A DNA stretch of 64,000 nucleotides from Octopus vulgaris (GCA_951406725.2 OX597815.1:141174001-141238000), one strand, 5' to 3'; numbered from the stretch's first letter, positions 14,799 to 29,091 are shown. Program-made: numbers and translations. Notes: generated by a model from the sequence alone, not told the origin.

Positions 14799-17465
14799 CT
14801 TGTGACGCTTTCGTTCACTGTCATTCTATGTTCCTAAGTGATTGCCAGATAATCTCCGGGCCTCAGTTGGGTTCAACCGTCCTTCTGTTGATATTTTATT
14901 TCATTTTGGTTATCGAAACCTTTATCAACATCCAAGTTAGATGTAGGAGGTGACTTCGTTGCCCAAGTCTCGACTATAGAATAAGATTTGCTGGGCTACA
15001 TTTTATTAGTAGCACTCGTGTGTGACACAACAAATACTGCTTCCTTTCACAAGCGAAGCTGATGTCGGCTTTCTTCAGGAATGACGCATCTAGCAAAAAG
15101 ACATGATTTCTCGAATTGCATCACGTCTCTCCATTTTGGCCTCCGGTAATAAAGATAAATAACTTGGTTTACGTTGCTTTTTTTGCTTGCATTTAATTCT
15201 TTTAAATATTAACCTAATGCTTCAATATAGTATACTGACCTTATGTATTTTTAGTTCTGTTTATTGCATCCTAAATAAATTGCCATTTCCTGTGTATTTA
15301 TAAATGTATACTTCGCCCAGTCACCGTATCTTACTTTCTTTAACACGTTAGCATTTTAAATATTTTTTTCTTAGCCATGTTGCCTTGCTTCATATGTTTT
15401 CACTCCGAATATGATATCGTAGTCTAGTAAATAACTGTCCTGTCTGTAACACTGTTTCTAACGGTGATTCATTTGAAGCGTAAAACTCGAGATTCTCTTC
15501 AAACAAAAGACTGTCCAAACATAGTATTTGTATCCTAGAGCAGTGTTCTTTATTAACGATGTTAGATTCATGCAGAAAAGGATAGAACGTGAGGTAGACA
15601 CGAAGAAACAGAGACACACAGAGAGACAGAGAGGGAGAGACAGAGACAGATAGACAAATAGAAACAGAGAGGGTTATTAGAAAATTTGCTTTTAATAGAT
15701 ATTTAGTTAGGTTTTATGATTCCCTGTCGCTAATAATTTTCATGTGTATAATGTTTTGCGACTTATATGTTTAACGTATGTTTTTATATTGGATCTATTT
15801 ATAATAAATACAGTCTATATTCTAAGTATATTTCATGAATCGCTACATGTTAGTTAATTTCAGAAAAATTCAGCGCTTCTTTCAACATGTGCAGTATTTA
15901 TGCATGGCTATAATTTATGCGTGTTTCGAGGCTTCCAGTCACATCTGCAAAATATTTTCTTATGAAAGGTTCACTTATCGCCAATGATATTACTGCACGA
16001 AATTTTATTAGTGGATTTGCTGTCATTTTCGAAGATTTGCAATCAATTTGATAATCGAGTCATTCAAAGTCGCGAAAAATGCTAGCGTCACAAAGTTACA
16101 CATTCAAGTGCATTGCTTGATCATTCAATTTCGCATTTCGGTCAAAGAATTTAGCACTTGTATCATTCAAACAAAAATACCCATCGAGAGCATTCAAGTT
16201 ATTTGGAATGCGATGAAGCGTCTTTGCGAACATTCGAGTTTGGAAAACTTTATTCAATTTTGCACTAATTTTGCATGTGTATTTTTATTCACTTTCTAAA
16301 AAGTGACTGCTAAAAACGACAAATTTAAGTGACATATTTTGTCATGCAACTTTTATTACCTTGTTATAGCTACAAGGAAGAAACAAATTATGTGATTCTT
16401 CTGTCCACGAAAGACTTTTTCATTGCAACATTCGTAACCGGTCGTAACAGTTGCATTTATATCCTTTTATCTTACACCAGCTTGTAATCATGGAGCCACG
16501 CGTTCGGTACATGCGTATATCGGAAGAATATAGGGTAAGGCTGGTTGACGCCTTCGAAAGGCACCAAATCGATTACCTGCAACTGGCACACACAGTTGTG
16601 GCACCTCGCAGACCGTAAGTACGTCATTAGTACCGATCGGGCAATACTCCTTTTATTGCCCGATCCATAATGGCGACCTACATACTGTCTGCGACGCGCC
16701 ACACGTTGCCCAGAGGAGGTCCCCACCACGTTAAGATTGATGAGGAAATGCGTAACAGTCTTCAGGTAATTATTGATGCGAACTCTCTCACAACCTTTCA
16801 ACAGATAAATAGGGACTTAGAGGTTGCATTTCCCGGAAATTCACTTGCATCCTTGTCCCCAATCGCACGGGCTCTAGATAAGATGTTGATAACTATGAAG
16901 TTGGTCGAAGTCGTCCGAGATGCAAGAATTGCCCCAAGAACTGTGGAAAAGCCTTATGAGTACGCGCATTGATTCATGGAACGGATCTCGTCGGCCAGTG
17001 CGTATTCATTGATTACTGTAGGTACAACATCTAGAGCAGGTGGTCTTTTGGTCGAACCCCCGCCCCTGACGTTTTCATGTTCGCCTAGTTGTCAACTGTC
17101 AGTGTGGGAAAAGCTGCAACATCATTTTCGTGGTGTCGAGAAAAGTCGGCCTGGTTCACCACTTGATTACGAACGATACCGTTACACGAAACTATTTCGA
17201 GGGTTTGTACCGAAATGTTCTCCACGGATGAATCCGTTTACATGATCTGCGACAACGCGCAGCCACAATTTCGTGCGACCGAGAGTTGCAGAAGAAGCCG
17301 GCATGACCATGGAATAATGGCGAGCACATATCATTCAGCACATCGCAAGGCATAACATCGGCGCTATCACTCCAGAAAAGTGTGTCTGATGGTATAGACA
17401 CACCCAGGCCTACCACCGGAAATGGACGGCTAAATCCTCTCAAAGGAACTACCCTTATCATGATT
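14799..17465. repeat. Right arm of large inverted duplication
   Basis: Reverse-complement match to 7122-9954, lacking the SINE. Confidence 0.9.
16021..17465 (+). mobile_element. Partial copy of the Tc1/IS630-like transposon (one TIR plus decayed transposase)
   Basis: TIR sequence from 16021. ORF 16670..16972 has an RGG linker and second-HTH-like TTFQQIN...SPIARAL. Confidence 0.7.
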
Positions 17466-18329
17466 GTGGGTAAATTACCTTTACAAAGCGAAACAACAAA
17501 CAATTATGTATCTGTCATCCACATCACTTAAGACTCCGACAAAGTGCTTTACTATTAAAACCAACTGTCCGCAGGATAAATTAATCTAAATGATAAAGAC
17601 ACAACGCGTCACACATATTTATATACAGGGATATTTGTGGCGATTTTCTTCCTCCGTTTTCACTTCTATTGGACTTTCCTCTGTTTTCGAAACGTTAAAC
17701 CATATGCCTTTCCTTTCCTGATCGGCTGCTTATTCATTACATGTACCACGTCCTCACGTTGTTGTTTTTTTTGTGTTTGTTCGCTTGTGCGTTCTATGCA
17801 CGCGCGAATTAAGCTAAACTTGGATGAAGTTCAATCAAAATTAAATTATTTTGGTTTTAAAATCAAGCATTTAATGCCCTCTATTTTTGCGCTTATGTGT
17901 TCCATTTCCTCAATAGGAAGTACGTAGAAGCGTTTCATAAATTTTTGTTGATCAAATAATTTCATTGTTGAATTATTCTTTTTGATCAGTATTTCTCAAC
18001 GGGGATTTCAGGGAGTCACTGGCGATGTATAGTGATGATCAAAAATCCGGCCTGCTAAAATTTGATTAAAGTGATTCAACGCAAAATGGTCACATTTAAT
18101 TCAAAGCGTTAAAAATGTTATGAAAACGATTGGTATGTGTTCACAAGGTCCAAACGATTAATACGAAAAAACCCTCCAGGCTACACCCCGAAAATTCATT
18201 TCTTTGCCGAATTTCTACAATGTTTACGGCAATTCGTTTTTATATCTTGATTTTTTTATTTTTCATGCAATTTACGCATACTTGCACGCGTGGTGAACAC
18301 AGTTCACGTCAAACAGCTGACTGAGTAAA

Positions 18330-18565
18330 GTTCACTATTCAATGCATGGGATAAGGCCTAAACAAACACATTATCGATTTTTGCACTTGCGAGATGAATT
18401 TCGGAACAGAAATAGCGCAGTTCAATTTTCATTCGCCTAAACTTTAAGTGACCCATTTTTGGTGGTTCTACGATATGTTGGCTAGGAGGAGATGTGCCGG
18501 GAAGTTAAACACACACACACACAGATACACACACAGACACACAAGTTTGAGTTTTATATATATAC
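18330..18565 (-). mobile_element. Possible 5' end of a non-autonomous Helitron-like element
   Basis: Minus strand begins tatatatataaaactcaaacttgtgtgtctgtgtgt, the layout of DINE-1/Lep1-like elements; no 3' end identified. Confidence 0.3.
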
Positions 18566-20756
18566 CAGTATTAAAAATAACAATAATATTATTGTAGCCA
18601 GCACGTTTAACTTAAATAGTCAAAATATACAAATAAATTTTGATGCTGAAATCCAGCATCCTAGAAATAGAAGTCAACATTCCAAAGCCACAAATGGCAA
18701 ATGTAACGTATATAATAAAAATAGGTCTTACCTTTGTATAAACCACAATGCAAGAACAAATATCTCGGTAATGAATTGACTCTACATTTTGTGCATTAGC
18801 TCTTAAGGATCATCAGCCAAGCTTACTGTATTCAGCTATTTTTTCAAAATATTCATTTCCTTACAACAATTTTGAATGTCATGATTCTGTTCGTATTTGT
18901 TCTAAGCAGTTTCCGAATGCAAAATTCATTATAGGTGAATTACTATGTTGGTTGGATTGGATGATAGTTTCATTCACTAAATATAAAACTATATTAATTT
19001 AAAAGTGCAACCATTCTTCTGTCTGACGCTACAGAGAGCGCATAATCTATGTTTCGATATTTAATTGTCTCCACCACCTTGGAGGATACAGTTTCATTGT
19101 TACATGAATTGAACGTTAGACATTTTAATTGATATTTGTATTCTAAAATAATATACAGTTTAGCTAAGGTGAAGATATAGATCTTGATTTGTAAGCTAGA
19201 TTAAATTTATTAGTATGCATCTACTGGGAATTCTACATTGCTTATATTAGTTCGTCCGTCGTTGTCTACGATGATCAGGTATATCACATGTGAGAAGACG
19301 GGGTACAGTGCGTCCAGCTGTGGCCAACCAGTGCGAGTGTTGGGATGGCTCTGCCACAGGCCGGGTACTGGTGGTTTGTTGGGAGAGAAGCTCTGGGCTT
19401 GCATAGTTCGCACTTTCTTTGTGTCTCAGCATATCTTTATTTTTGTTCGGAGGAGGTGCAGCTGTGCCAGATAGGGAGATCTTATGCTTACTTTTCCCAG
19501 GTACGAAGAGTGCAGAAGAAGATTGGGTAGTGTTCAGAGACGTAGTGTATGACACTGCACTCACTGATCTGGGCCGGAACATAAGTAGGCACCAACAGTC
19601 GTTCGACGACAAATATGAGATATATCAGAAATTGCTTGATGAGAAGCATGAAGCTAAAAGAGAGACTTTCAGTAAGATAGCAAATCGGCTCCCAAGAAAA
19701 CAGCTTATGGCGCCACGAAAAGCAAAGTACGGGTAAGGATCGGGGTGACGAATCATTCGTGGGTCAGTAACAAGACGAATGAGATACAGAAGCTGACAGC
19801 GACAACTCCAATTACTTTTACGATACCGAGAAAACCATTTATGGGCTGAAGTCCTCCGCAACATTACCACTGCTCACTGGCAAAAATGCTGTCTTGGAAA
19901 GGTGGGAAGAGCACTGCAACAATGCCCTCAACAGGCGTCAGTCTGTTCATGCTGTGGCCATTGCACGCATGCCCCAAGTTGACCTCAAAACGTCTCTGGT
20001 AGAGCCTCTAACACGAGCATAGGCCCAGAAACAAAAAAAAAAACAAACTTCTCCCAAATTGCAAGGCGCCAAACTCTGGCGCTATCCCAGCAAAAATATA
20101 CAATGTAGTGGGGAACCAGTCGTGGAAAACGAGCATGCCATTGTTTTTCAAGTCATATGACAACAGGAAGTTGTTCCGCAAGATCTCAAGTACGCCACCA
20201 TTGTCAATCTCTACAAGAGGAAGTGAAACAAGCAATCTGGTGGCAAGCATCGACGAATTTATCTCCAAACTCAGCACATGGAAAACAGGCATCAGCCGAA
20301 ATGTTACTGTGACCTTAGAGAAAGTCGATGGATAGTCGACAGAATCTTTATCGCACACCAACTTCAGGACAAGTGCCATGAACAGAACAAGAACTGATAC
20401 ACAGCGTTTGTAGACCTAACCAATGCCCTGAATACTATCAGTCGTGACTGTGTTTGGAAGATCATAGTAAAGTTCGGCTACTCGAATAAATTCATTTGCA
20501 TGATGCGAGAGATTCACGGCGGCATGTTCGCTCGAAAACTGAAGACTGGATATTTTTTCCGATGCATTTCCAGTCACGAACGGATTCAAACAGGGTTGTA
20601 TGGTCGTACCTATCTTCTTGACTATGAAGTTCTCAGTCATAACGTCAAATGCCTTCTGCAACACTGGAAAATAAACATCAAAATCTGATTCAGAATTGAT
20701 TTCAGACTCGTCAATCTGCGAAAGCTAGAAGCGAAGATCAAGGAAGAAGAGGACTT

Positions 20757-20992
<236 letters not shown>

Positions 20993-21039
20993 TCAAAAAT
21001 TACTTTAGGAATGAGAACCCAGGTTCAAAATTTCTCCAA

Positions 21040-21085
21040 GAAACCTGATGAAGGCTGGAGGGTATATCAGTCGAAACGTTGTGTT
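21040..21085 (+). ncRNA. Minimal hammerhead-like motif within a short non-RTE insert (~20995-21157)
   Basis: CTGATGA-A-GGCTG...CAGTC-GAAAC-GTT-GTGTT; stem I is imperfect. Confidence 0.5.
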
Positions 21086-22000
21086 AGCAACAAAAGAGAT
21101 AAGGAGAAATATCCGACGAAAGTAAATAACGTGCATCTCTTAAATATAGAACTGAACCTTAAGGATGTTGATAAGTTCATCCGCCTCAGCAGAACATACT
21201 CCAGATCTATGAACAAGCTATCGGCAAAGGTAGCTCAACATTCGGGCGGTTACGCAAAATAGTGTGGGACTTGGATGAAAATCATAAGCCAAACCAATGT
21301 CCTAGTCATGTAGGCCTTCTCTCGTGCTGATCATCCTAAGCTGATCTGCCAAGACCTTGTTCGAATACCTGAAACACAACTCCTCAAAAGACTGTTTTTA
21401 CGGAGAATTTACAGTGATCAGTACATTCTGAGGTGTCACATTAGAAAATTCGAGATATTTACTCCAACGCACCCGCTCACACGCACACACACTCATACAA
21501 ACACACACACATACTCACGTATGTATTTGTTTGTGTGTGCATTTGTGTGTATATATGTGTTTTATCAGTTACACAACTCACAAAAGATGCTACATTCATT
21601 TTTCATTTCCTAAGGATACTGTTTTGTTTTGGGCGTCAAGTTATTTCGGTGCTCTATCTGGAAAGCAGAAACTGGTAAATATTTATTAATTGCATGAAAG
21701 AAGCGCGACAAATAGCTGCCACATAATGATAGACATTAAACTTTAAGCAATAAACTTCGTGTGAAACTCAGTGGCTAATTGTTTCAGATTCGATATATAG
21801 ATTCTGATAAAATAACTTATCAGCCAAGTATAGCTACAAAACACGCAGGCCCATACACACATGCGCACATACACATACGCCCAGAATACAGACATACACA
21901 CACAAGCATAGAGACACATATACATGTATACGTTTATAGTCACACATACATGCATGTTTATATGTGTGTATACATATGTATGTATGTATTGATGATGATG

Positions 22001-22051
<51 letters not shown>

Positions 22052-23329
22052 ATCCCTACATATATATGTATATATGTATACGCCATAGGTAATGATGCGT
22101 ATATGTTCCTACATATGATGGAGATGATGTCCAAATTCTGTCATTTTACAATCTACTCTTAGACAACAACATTAGATCTTTATGATCACCCCTAAAAAGA
22201 GAATGCATCCTATTGAATGACCGTAGAAACGCCATTGTGTTCGTCTGTGCTACAAATACGATATACTTAAGCGAAGAAACTACAGCATTGACAGCTTTTT
22301 TTCTGATAATCTAACAACCATTACAATAGCAATTGTGTTACAAATGGCATTTTCCTATTTATTGTTTCAAGAAAAAGCTATAAGGAAATGGATTATAGGA
22401 AAGGAAATTGTCGAGAAGTCTACATTCACTTTGCGTGAATATTATCTGAGTCAAAGTCATAAGGAATATTCTACAGATTTTACATCTCATTCCTAAGGTG
22501 GAATTGCATCGCACCCATTCGCTATCTAGACTATTTATGTCTGCGCTTCATAGCTAAATATCCAATAACCTATATTGGTTTTATCCATCCTTGTATAAAT
22601 TCTTAGTTTGTTTTCATAGATGACAAATTAACACACCCAAGAGGCTAAGGAAGTTTATTAAGAACACTCCTCGGCTATTAATGAGGCGTCGATTTAGCCT
22701 CTGACAAACTGGCAAACGTATATATTTACACACACGCACATACACGCATACACACACAGACAAATGCACTCACACATACATATATACATGCTCACGTATT
22801 TTGTATAAACGAATATATGTGTCAGTTTACATACACACACACACATATATATAGTATTGAGTGAAACGTCTTGCAATGTTCTTCTTTATTTTTTATCAAG
22901 TTACAACAAAAGCGGCATTACATTTATAGTAGAGACCATCGTGTTGCACTGTCTGAAGCTACTTTTCCGCCAGTCTTTTGAGAAGCTTCAGGGAAGGAAT
23001 TATAGTTTAATATACCAAAATGTTTAAAATATCAATAAGATATCAATTTGTTTCCAGAAAATTGACTATTTTCTGTTAGTTACCTGAACGCCGTTATATA
23101 CTATTTTTCCTCTTTTATAGAGGCTTCAAATATCCGCCTCTTCCATAGTTGGAATTGATGTGGAAGTTCAAATCAAGTGGAAAAGTATTTTGGGAGCTTT
23201 TATAAGATTTGAGATAAATATTTCAATGCGAATGTAAGGAATCGAGGACTTGAACGAGGCCAAATTTCCAGTATAAGTACCGTCTAAGCATGACCTATCC
23301 CCTCAGGTGTCCTCTTTTTTAAAAGTTAG

Positions 23330-24620
23330 TGTCTTTCTCGAAGGGAATGTGGATTATAGTACCTTCTGTGTAATAGCAATATGTTGCTTTTCAACTTCGA
23401 GTGCTTTACTAAATAAATGTTTCAATGGCAATAGGTAGAAATATATGATATTGACACTACCTCGTATATCCTGGACTCGAATGATAACTTCGTGATTATT
23501 ATTCCACTGGATGATGAAGAAGACGTTTCTACATTAACGCTAATGTTTCTAAGTATTTTCTCTCTAATAAGATCTATCTCATATTTGACAGGGTATATTA
23601 ACCTACGTTTATGTTTGCAAATGCAATTCTCTTGCTTCACTTTTATAGTGACAAACCTGTTGCGTTACTTTAGTGTATCTAACCTAAGATCTACGAAGGT
23701 TTCAATCAGTTGACCAAAACATTCGTTAATAGGAGATTTGATGCAATCATCTTTGTAATACTGGTTTTCATCCAAGTGCTTTTTCACGTTGGGCAACAGA
23801 TGAGACAGAGAGGGCCAATTCAGGAGAATAAGTTGGGTGATTAAACATTGCCAATCCTCCATAACGCACCGCTATTATTGATAACATGGGCTGAGTGACA
23901 GAGTGTTCTAATGAAACAAGACACATTTCGTGAGTTTTACTGTGCATTTGGTCTTCATATCATTTCGTAATTGCCTCAGCAAGTTGGCATAGTTTTGTGG
24001 CTATTCTGAAGATAGTTAATAAACACAATGCTTTTTGCAATAAAAACATCTTAGTCCATGACCTTCCCTGTAGAAGAAACGACTTTAGCAGGTGAAGTGG
24101 GGTGTTTCCACTACATGGATTTCTCCTTTGTGTCTGGCTCAAAGTGATGAAATCAGCACTTAACATGGGCTACGCTGCGAAACTTTCAAGGAAACCAGAT
24201 GCATATGCCTCAAACAATGTCAGACTTTCCTGATGCGCTTTTGATCAGATGGCAGAAGGTGTGGCACTCACTGAGCAGACGAAACCTTCGTCATGCCAAC
24301 TTTACTCGCTCACAAGATATGCTAATAACAGTGGCTACTTAATTTATAGTCGGTCGCCTGTCACTCATCAGCATATGGGGAACAAGATCAATGTTTGGGT
24401 CAGTGGTGGCAGTTTCAGAAATGCAGATTTTGGTTCAAATTCGAGACGCTCCCTTCCCATCTTAAATTCATCTGTCCACTTTTGCGCTGTTGATAAGGCT
24501 GGAGCGGTATCTTCCAATGTAGCAGCCATGTCGGTGGGGGTAAGTTTTTATTTCTGCAAGTACTTGTTTATACCAAATTGTTAAATTTTGTCCATTTTCA
24601 AGAGGAGTCCCTAGTAGCTA
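23330..24620 (-). mobile_element. Highly decayed LINE (CR1/L2-like) 5'/endonuclease remnant
   Basis: Higher-GC island with broken frames (LITQLIL..., SADFITLSQT); same strand as the RT remnant at 25860-26660. Confidence 0.35.
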
Positions 24621-24773
24621 CATCTGAAATACTCTTTCAACCTGGACAGAAACAATGCAGTTATTGATAAGAAGAGTGAACGTTAGAGTGTGCAAGATTT
24701 CACAGCTCTAGCATCAATCTTTAATAATCAGCCTATAAGCTTTTCAGCCCACCCTGGAAAGTATGTACAATCT

Positions 24774-24797
24774 CTTTCTCCCTATCTCTCTCTCTCT

Positions 24798-24853
<56 letters not shown>

Positions 24854-24892
24854 CTCTCTCTCTCTCTACTTCTCTCTCTCTCTCTCTCTCTC
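24774..24892. repeat. (CT)n microsatellite
   Basis: Seen directly. Confidence 0.95.
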
Positions 24893-25859
24893 TAGCTATA
24901 CATATGTATACATAGTGTATGTATATGTAAATATAAGCATATGTATAAATACCTATACAAATATTTATACACATAGGTATACATATACATACAAATATCC
25001 ATATAAAAATGTGTGTGTGTGTGTGTGTGTGTGCGTGTGTGTGTGTGTGCGTGCGCGTGTATGATTTGGGTGTGTGTCTGAGGTTATTTATAAATGCTAC
25101 CTCTTTAAATTTTAAATTGAAGTAAATGTTAATTTCATTAATTTTTCCATCATCACAATTTTGTGAAGGCTATTTTAACATAATTAAATCGACTTGACTT
25201 TATTTGATTCAATAGAACTCAGAGTACTTAAACGCTATTACTTCGTAGGTGGGATTTGTTGGCCTAGCTTTGCTAATACATGATGGAATGTATCCAACTT
25301 CGTCATGCCTCTACGGATACTATTCGTATAGAGGCTAAATTCGAAGTAATACCTAGACGATGATTAACTAATGCAGTATCATGGAAGTTGATCATTAAAA
25401 GTAAGCAGAAAGTGATCATTTGAGCACAATGCATCTAGTAAATTCTTGTAAATGAAATATAGGAAGGAACACTGAACAAAATGTTAAGCGAGTATATAGG
25501 AGATTTCGAAGAAAATGTGGATAATTGTAGAAATATAGAGTTTGATGTGACAAACAGTAATATATATTTGCGCTTTTCTAGGAAATGAAGGTAAGTTTTT
25601 AATGGAATACCTGAATAAACACAAATTTCATGTAGTAAATTGAAACGATATGCTATTTAAATTAAACAACAGAGTTGCTATGACATAACGTTGGCCGCTA
25701 TTGGCGAGTATATATTAAAGTTCTTGAGTTTCGATGAATTTGAAAGTGTGAAGAGGATGAATATGACGTTTCAAGATAAACTCTGTTTCAGAAAATGTGA
25801 TACACAAGTTTAACTATATGTGAGAAGAAAATAAATTCCGGAAATTTAAATCTCTCTTC

Positions 25860-26660
25860 CCATTATAGCATTATGTAATGTATCAACATCTTAAAGTTTC
25901 TGTAGAGGAATTCATGGTGTTGCATGAAAACAAGCTGTGGAACAGTCGCTATTTTCGAAATCGTTACTGGAATGAGAGAGGGTTGCGTCTTGTGGCCGCT
26001 TTTGTACCTCATATTGTATTGGCTTTTTCATGTAGAAAGCAATAGATAACATCAGTTTTGGATAGGGAAGAGACAAACAGATGGATTTCAATCTGGATTT
26101 GGCGTTACACAGCTCCGATAGAAACACACTTGAGGATCTAACATGTAACCTATACAGTTCGAGGCGGTAATCAGGGCTATGGATTAGCACTTAAAATGCA
26201 TGTGAATTGGTGATGTCCAAGCACAACTTGTTGATCACGGAGAACACAAATTCGAGTACGTCGACAAGATTAAAGCTTTGTTTCCAACGAGAATAAAATA
26301 GAAGTTGAAGTGAAAACCAGTATAGAAAGTGTAATGTCAGTATTCCAACGCCTTTGTCCGATATGGAGATCGAAGACCAACAGTAAGAAAATAAAGTTGC
26401 ATGCAATTTTACTCATCTGTTAATTTATCGGTACCTACCTATGCTTATAAATCTGGGAAGAGAGCTGCGAAGATCTGTCAGTTGCTGGACATGTTCCATC
26501 AACGACACCTTCGTTTACTCTTGAGCATTATAGAGAAAGGAACAAACAGGTGATGTGAAGGGCTAGCATGGATTGTTTGCAGACAGATATGGTTTACTGG
26601 CCTGATTACCACAGGAGAAGCATACTGAAATAGCAATATAGTGGAGACCAGAAGAAACAA
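25860..26660 (-). mobile_element. Decayed LINE reverse transcriptase remnant (CR1/L2-like)
   Basis: Degenerate RPV, (K)SFNLVD (KAFDxVD-like) and PQDATLS (PQGSxLS-like) motifs in the expected order. Confidence 0.5.
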
Positions 26661-26774
26661 AACAGACGAAGAAAAGACTAAGGAAGTCTTTATCTGCATC
26701 CTTTATCTGCATCCTAAATCGTTATATCTTCATCATTTTCAAGTTCTATTACTTCCTTCCATCGTGCAGTGTTA

Positions 26775-27725
26775 AAGTTCACAATAGTACAAACAAAAGG
26801 AGCTTCTATTCTTAGATATACTAATTAAAAAAATAAACCTAAAAATAGAAACCGATATATTTTACAAAACCACAGACGCCACCTAAGATACTATAAAACA
26901 AATAACCCCTTCAACCTTGCAAGAAGGATATGCACAATAGTGTCAGAGCAAAATGCCAGAAACATTAGACTGCAAGAACTCAAAAACATTCTAATTGACA
27001 GACACTACCCAGTTCAACTCATAGAGGATAGGATCAGACGTGCAACACAAATTACTTGTACCTCAGAAAACCTGATTTATTTCATATGATGCTCGGGCTG
27101 TCACCAAAACTACATAGGGTCCAAGGGATTATCGCTCAGACGCAGATGCACTCTGCATCGGCATAAGATTGCTTTCCCCGAATACAGAATGATACCCTTT
27201 AGTGAACATATTGAGAAATGCGCCAAGCAACTACTACCTCAATTTATAATCTTTCCATTCTATCAATGTGCTATTGGAACACCAACACAAGTTAGATTTT
27301 ACAAGGAAACCTCCTTCATTGAAAAATATAAGCCAAAACGTAACCATTTCTAACATTTTAAAATATGGAAACTCAACCCCTTTGGAAAAAATATAAAGCA
27401 AAACCTAACCACTCTGTTCTTTCTGAACTAAATCATGTTTAATTAGTCATTCCCAACATATTTGATTATCTCCCTTATACCGGAAAAAATCCCTGATTAC
27501 CTTCCCCTGCCTGGAACTCCATATTTCACAACATAGTGGAGACATGACACGATGTCGGTAAAGAAATTTGAGAAATTTAAAAAAAAAAAATACGAAACGT
27601 GTTATTTCTCAAAAAACTATGTTACTATACGCAAAATTATCTAACATTTTTCTAACATAACGACTTAAATATATTCTTTAAACATATAACACATGTCTTC
27701 TGTCGTTTTTTCACTCTTTTTGTTA
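26775..27725 (+). mobile_element. Penelope-like element 3' fragment (RT end, GIY-YIG endonuclease, tail into (TA)n)
   Basis: LLFLDILIKK..IETDIFYKTTD, PFNLARRICTIVS, TCTSENLIYFI*CSGCHQNYIG and EHIEKCA..FIIFPFYQC. Confidence 0.85.
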
Positions 27726-27756
27726 TATATATATATATATATAGATAGATAGATAT

Positions 27757-27798
<42 letters not shown>

Positions 27799-27960
27799 TG
27801 ATGCATATTTGCCATTTGAATATGGCTAACCCATAAGGGTGGATGCTACTGTAGTTTGTAGCCCCAGGAAGATATCTCCTCCAGCTGGCTATAGACACAC
27901 TATCTGTGTCCTCTCAGTATTTGTGAAGGGGAGTCATCCTCCCCGTCTTCAACACATGAT

Positions 27961-28006
27961 ACACACGTACCCGAGTTTCAAGGTGTTTACCTTTCATCAG
28001 CGTGTG
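27961..28006 (-). ncRNA. Minimal type I hammerhead ribozyme (mirror copy)
   Basis: rc: CACACG-CTGATGA-AAGGT-AAAC-ACCTT-GAAAC-TCGG-GTA-CGTGTGT. Confidence 0.85.
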
Positions 28007-28088
28007 ACAATCATGGTTGTCGATGAGAAGTCAGATCCCTTTACAAATACATATACTTTTTCCACTGTCGATTTGACACTGATATTGA

Positions 28089-28135
28089 ACACACGCTGAT
28101 GAAAGGTAAACACCTTGAAACTCGGGTACGTGTGT
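28089..28135 (+). ncRNA. Minimal type I hammerhead ribozyme
   Basis: Stem I ACACACG/CGTGTGT (7 bp), core CTGATGA, stem II AAGGT/ACCTT, GAAA, short stem III AC-TCGG-GT; predicted cleavage after GTA (28128). Confidence 0.85.
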
Positions 28136-28345
28136 ATGATGTGTTGAAGACGGGGAGGATGACTCCCCTTCACAAATACTGAGAGGGCACAGATAGTGTG
28201 TCTATAGCCAGCTGGAGGAGATATCTTCCTGGGGCTACAAACTACAGTAGCATCCACCCTTATGGGTTAGCCATATTCAAATGGCAAATATACATCACGA
28301 TGTGTTACCGCTACTGTTTATAACTCGCTCTGAGATTTATCATTA

Positions 28346-28427
<82 letters not shown>

Positions 28428-28443
28428 TACATACATACATGCA

Positions 28444-28476
<33 letters not shown>

Positions 28477-28946
28477 GCATATCTGATATACATCTTAAGA
28501 CTAATTTCTTTTCTACAAACCATATGAAAACCTATTTTAGAATTTTAAAATCTGAAAGCGTTTAACATTTATGTAAGAATGAAATATTGGCAATACAGCT
28601 TATTTACATTTTTCATTTATATTGAATTTTACCATATGCTAACTATACAAATATTTGGGTACAAACCATAATTTATTTACTGACATTCCCACGACATGAT
28701 GTAAACGTTACTTAGAACTTGAGAAGCTATTTTCATATGGATTATATTTACTTTCATGGTTTTTCACTGGGTGGGGTTAAATTGTTGACAAGTGTACTAA
28801 TTAGAAGAATTGTAATGTATTTGGTATTAAATTTTTGTGTGAATATTTAGAAAACATTTACTCAATAAAAATGTTATCTTTACAATATTTTGAGTTCTTT
28901 ATGGAGAAGTGGTCTTCTTTCAATTTTATTCGTAGATGTTTATACG

Positions 28947-28982
<36 letters not shown>

Positions 28983-29019
28983 TATGTAGATATACATGTA
29001 TTAAGCATGTATATGTAAG

Positions 29020-29052
<33 letters not shown>

Positions 29053-29091
29053 ATATATGTATATGTGTGTGTGTGTGGGTGTTTATATATG

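Larger units (their letters stand above)
27795..28301. repeat. Near-perfect inverted repeat, ~212 bp arms (27795-28006 / 28090-28301), between (TA)n tracts
   Basis: Only a few mismatches by eye; mirror ORFs 27839..28099(+) and 27997..28257(-) start almost identically. Confidence 0.95.

Noticed and set aside
27839-28257. Two mirror 86 aa ORFs as a gene pair
   Set aside because: Consequence of the inverted repeat; no protein motif.
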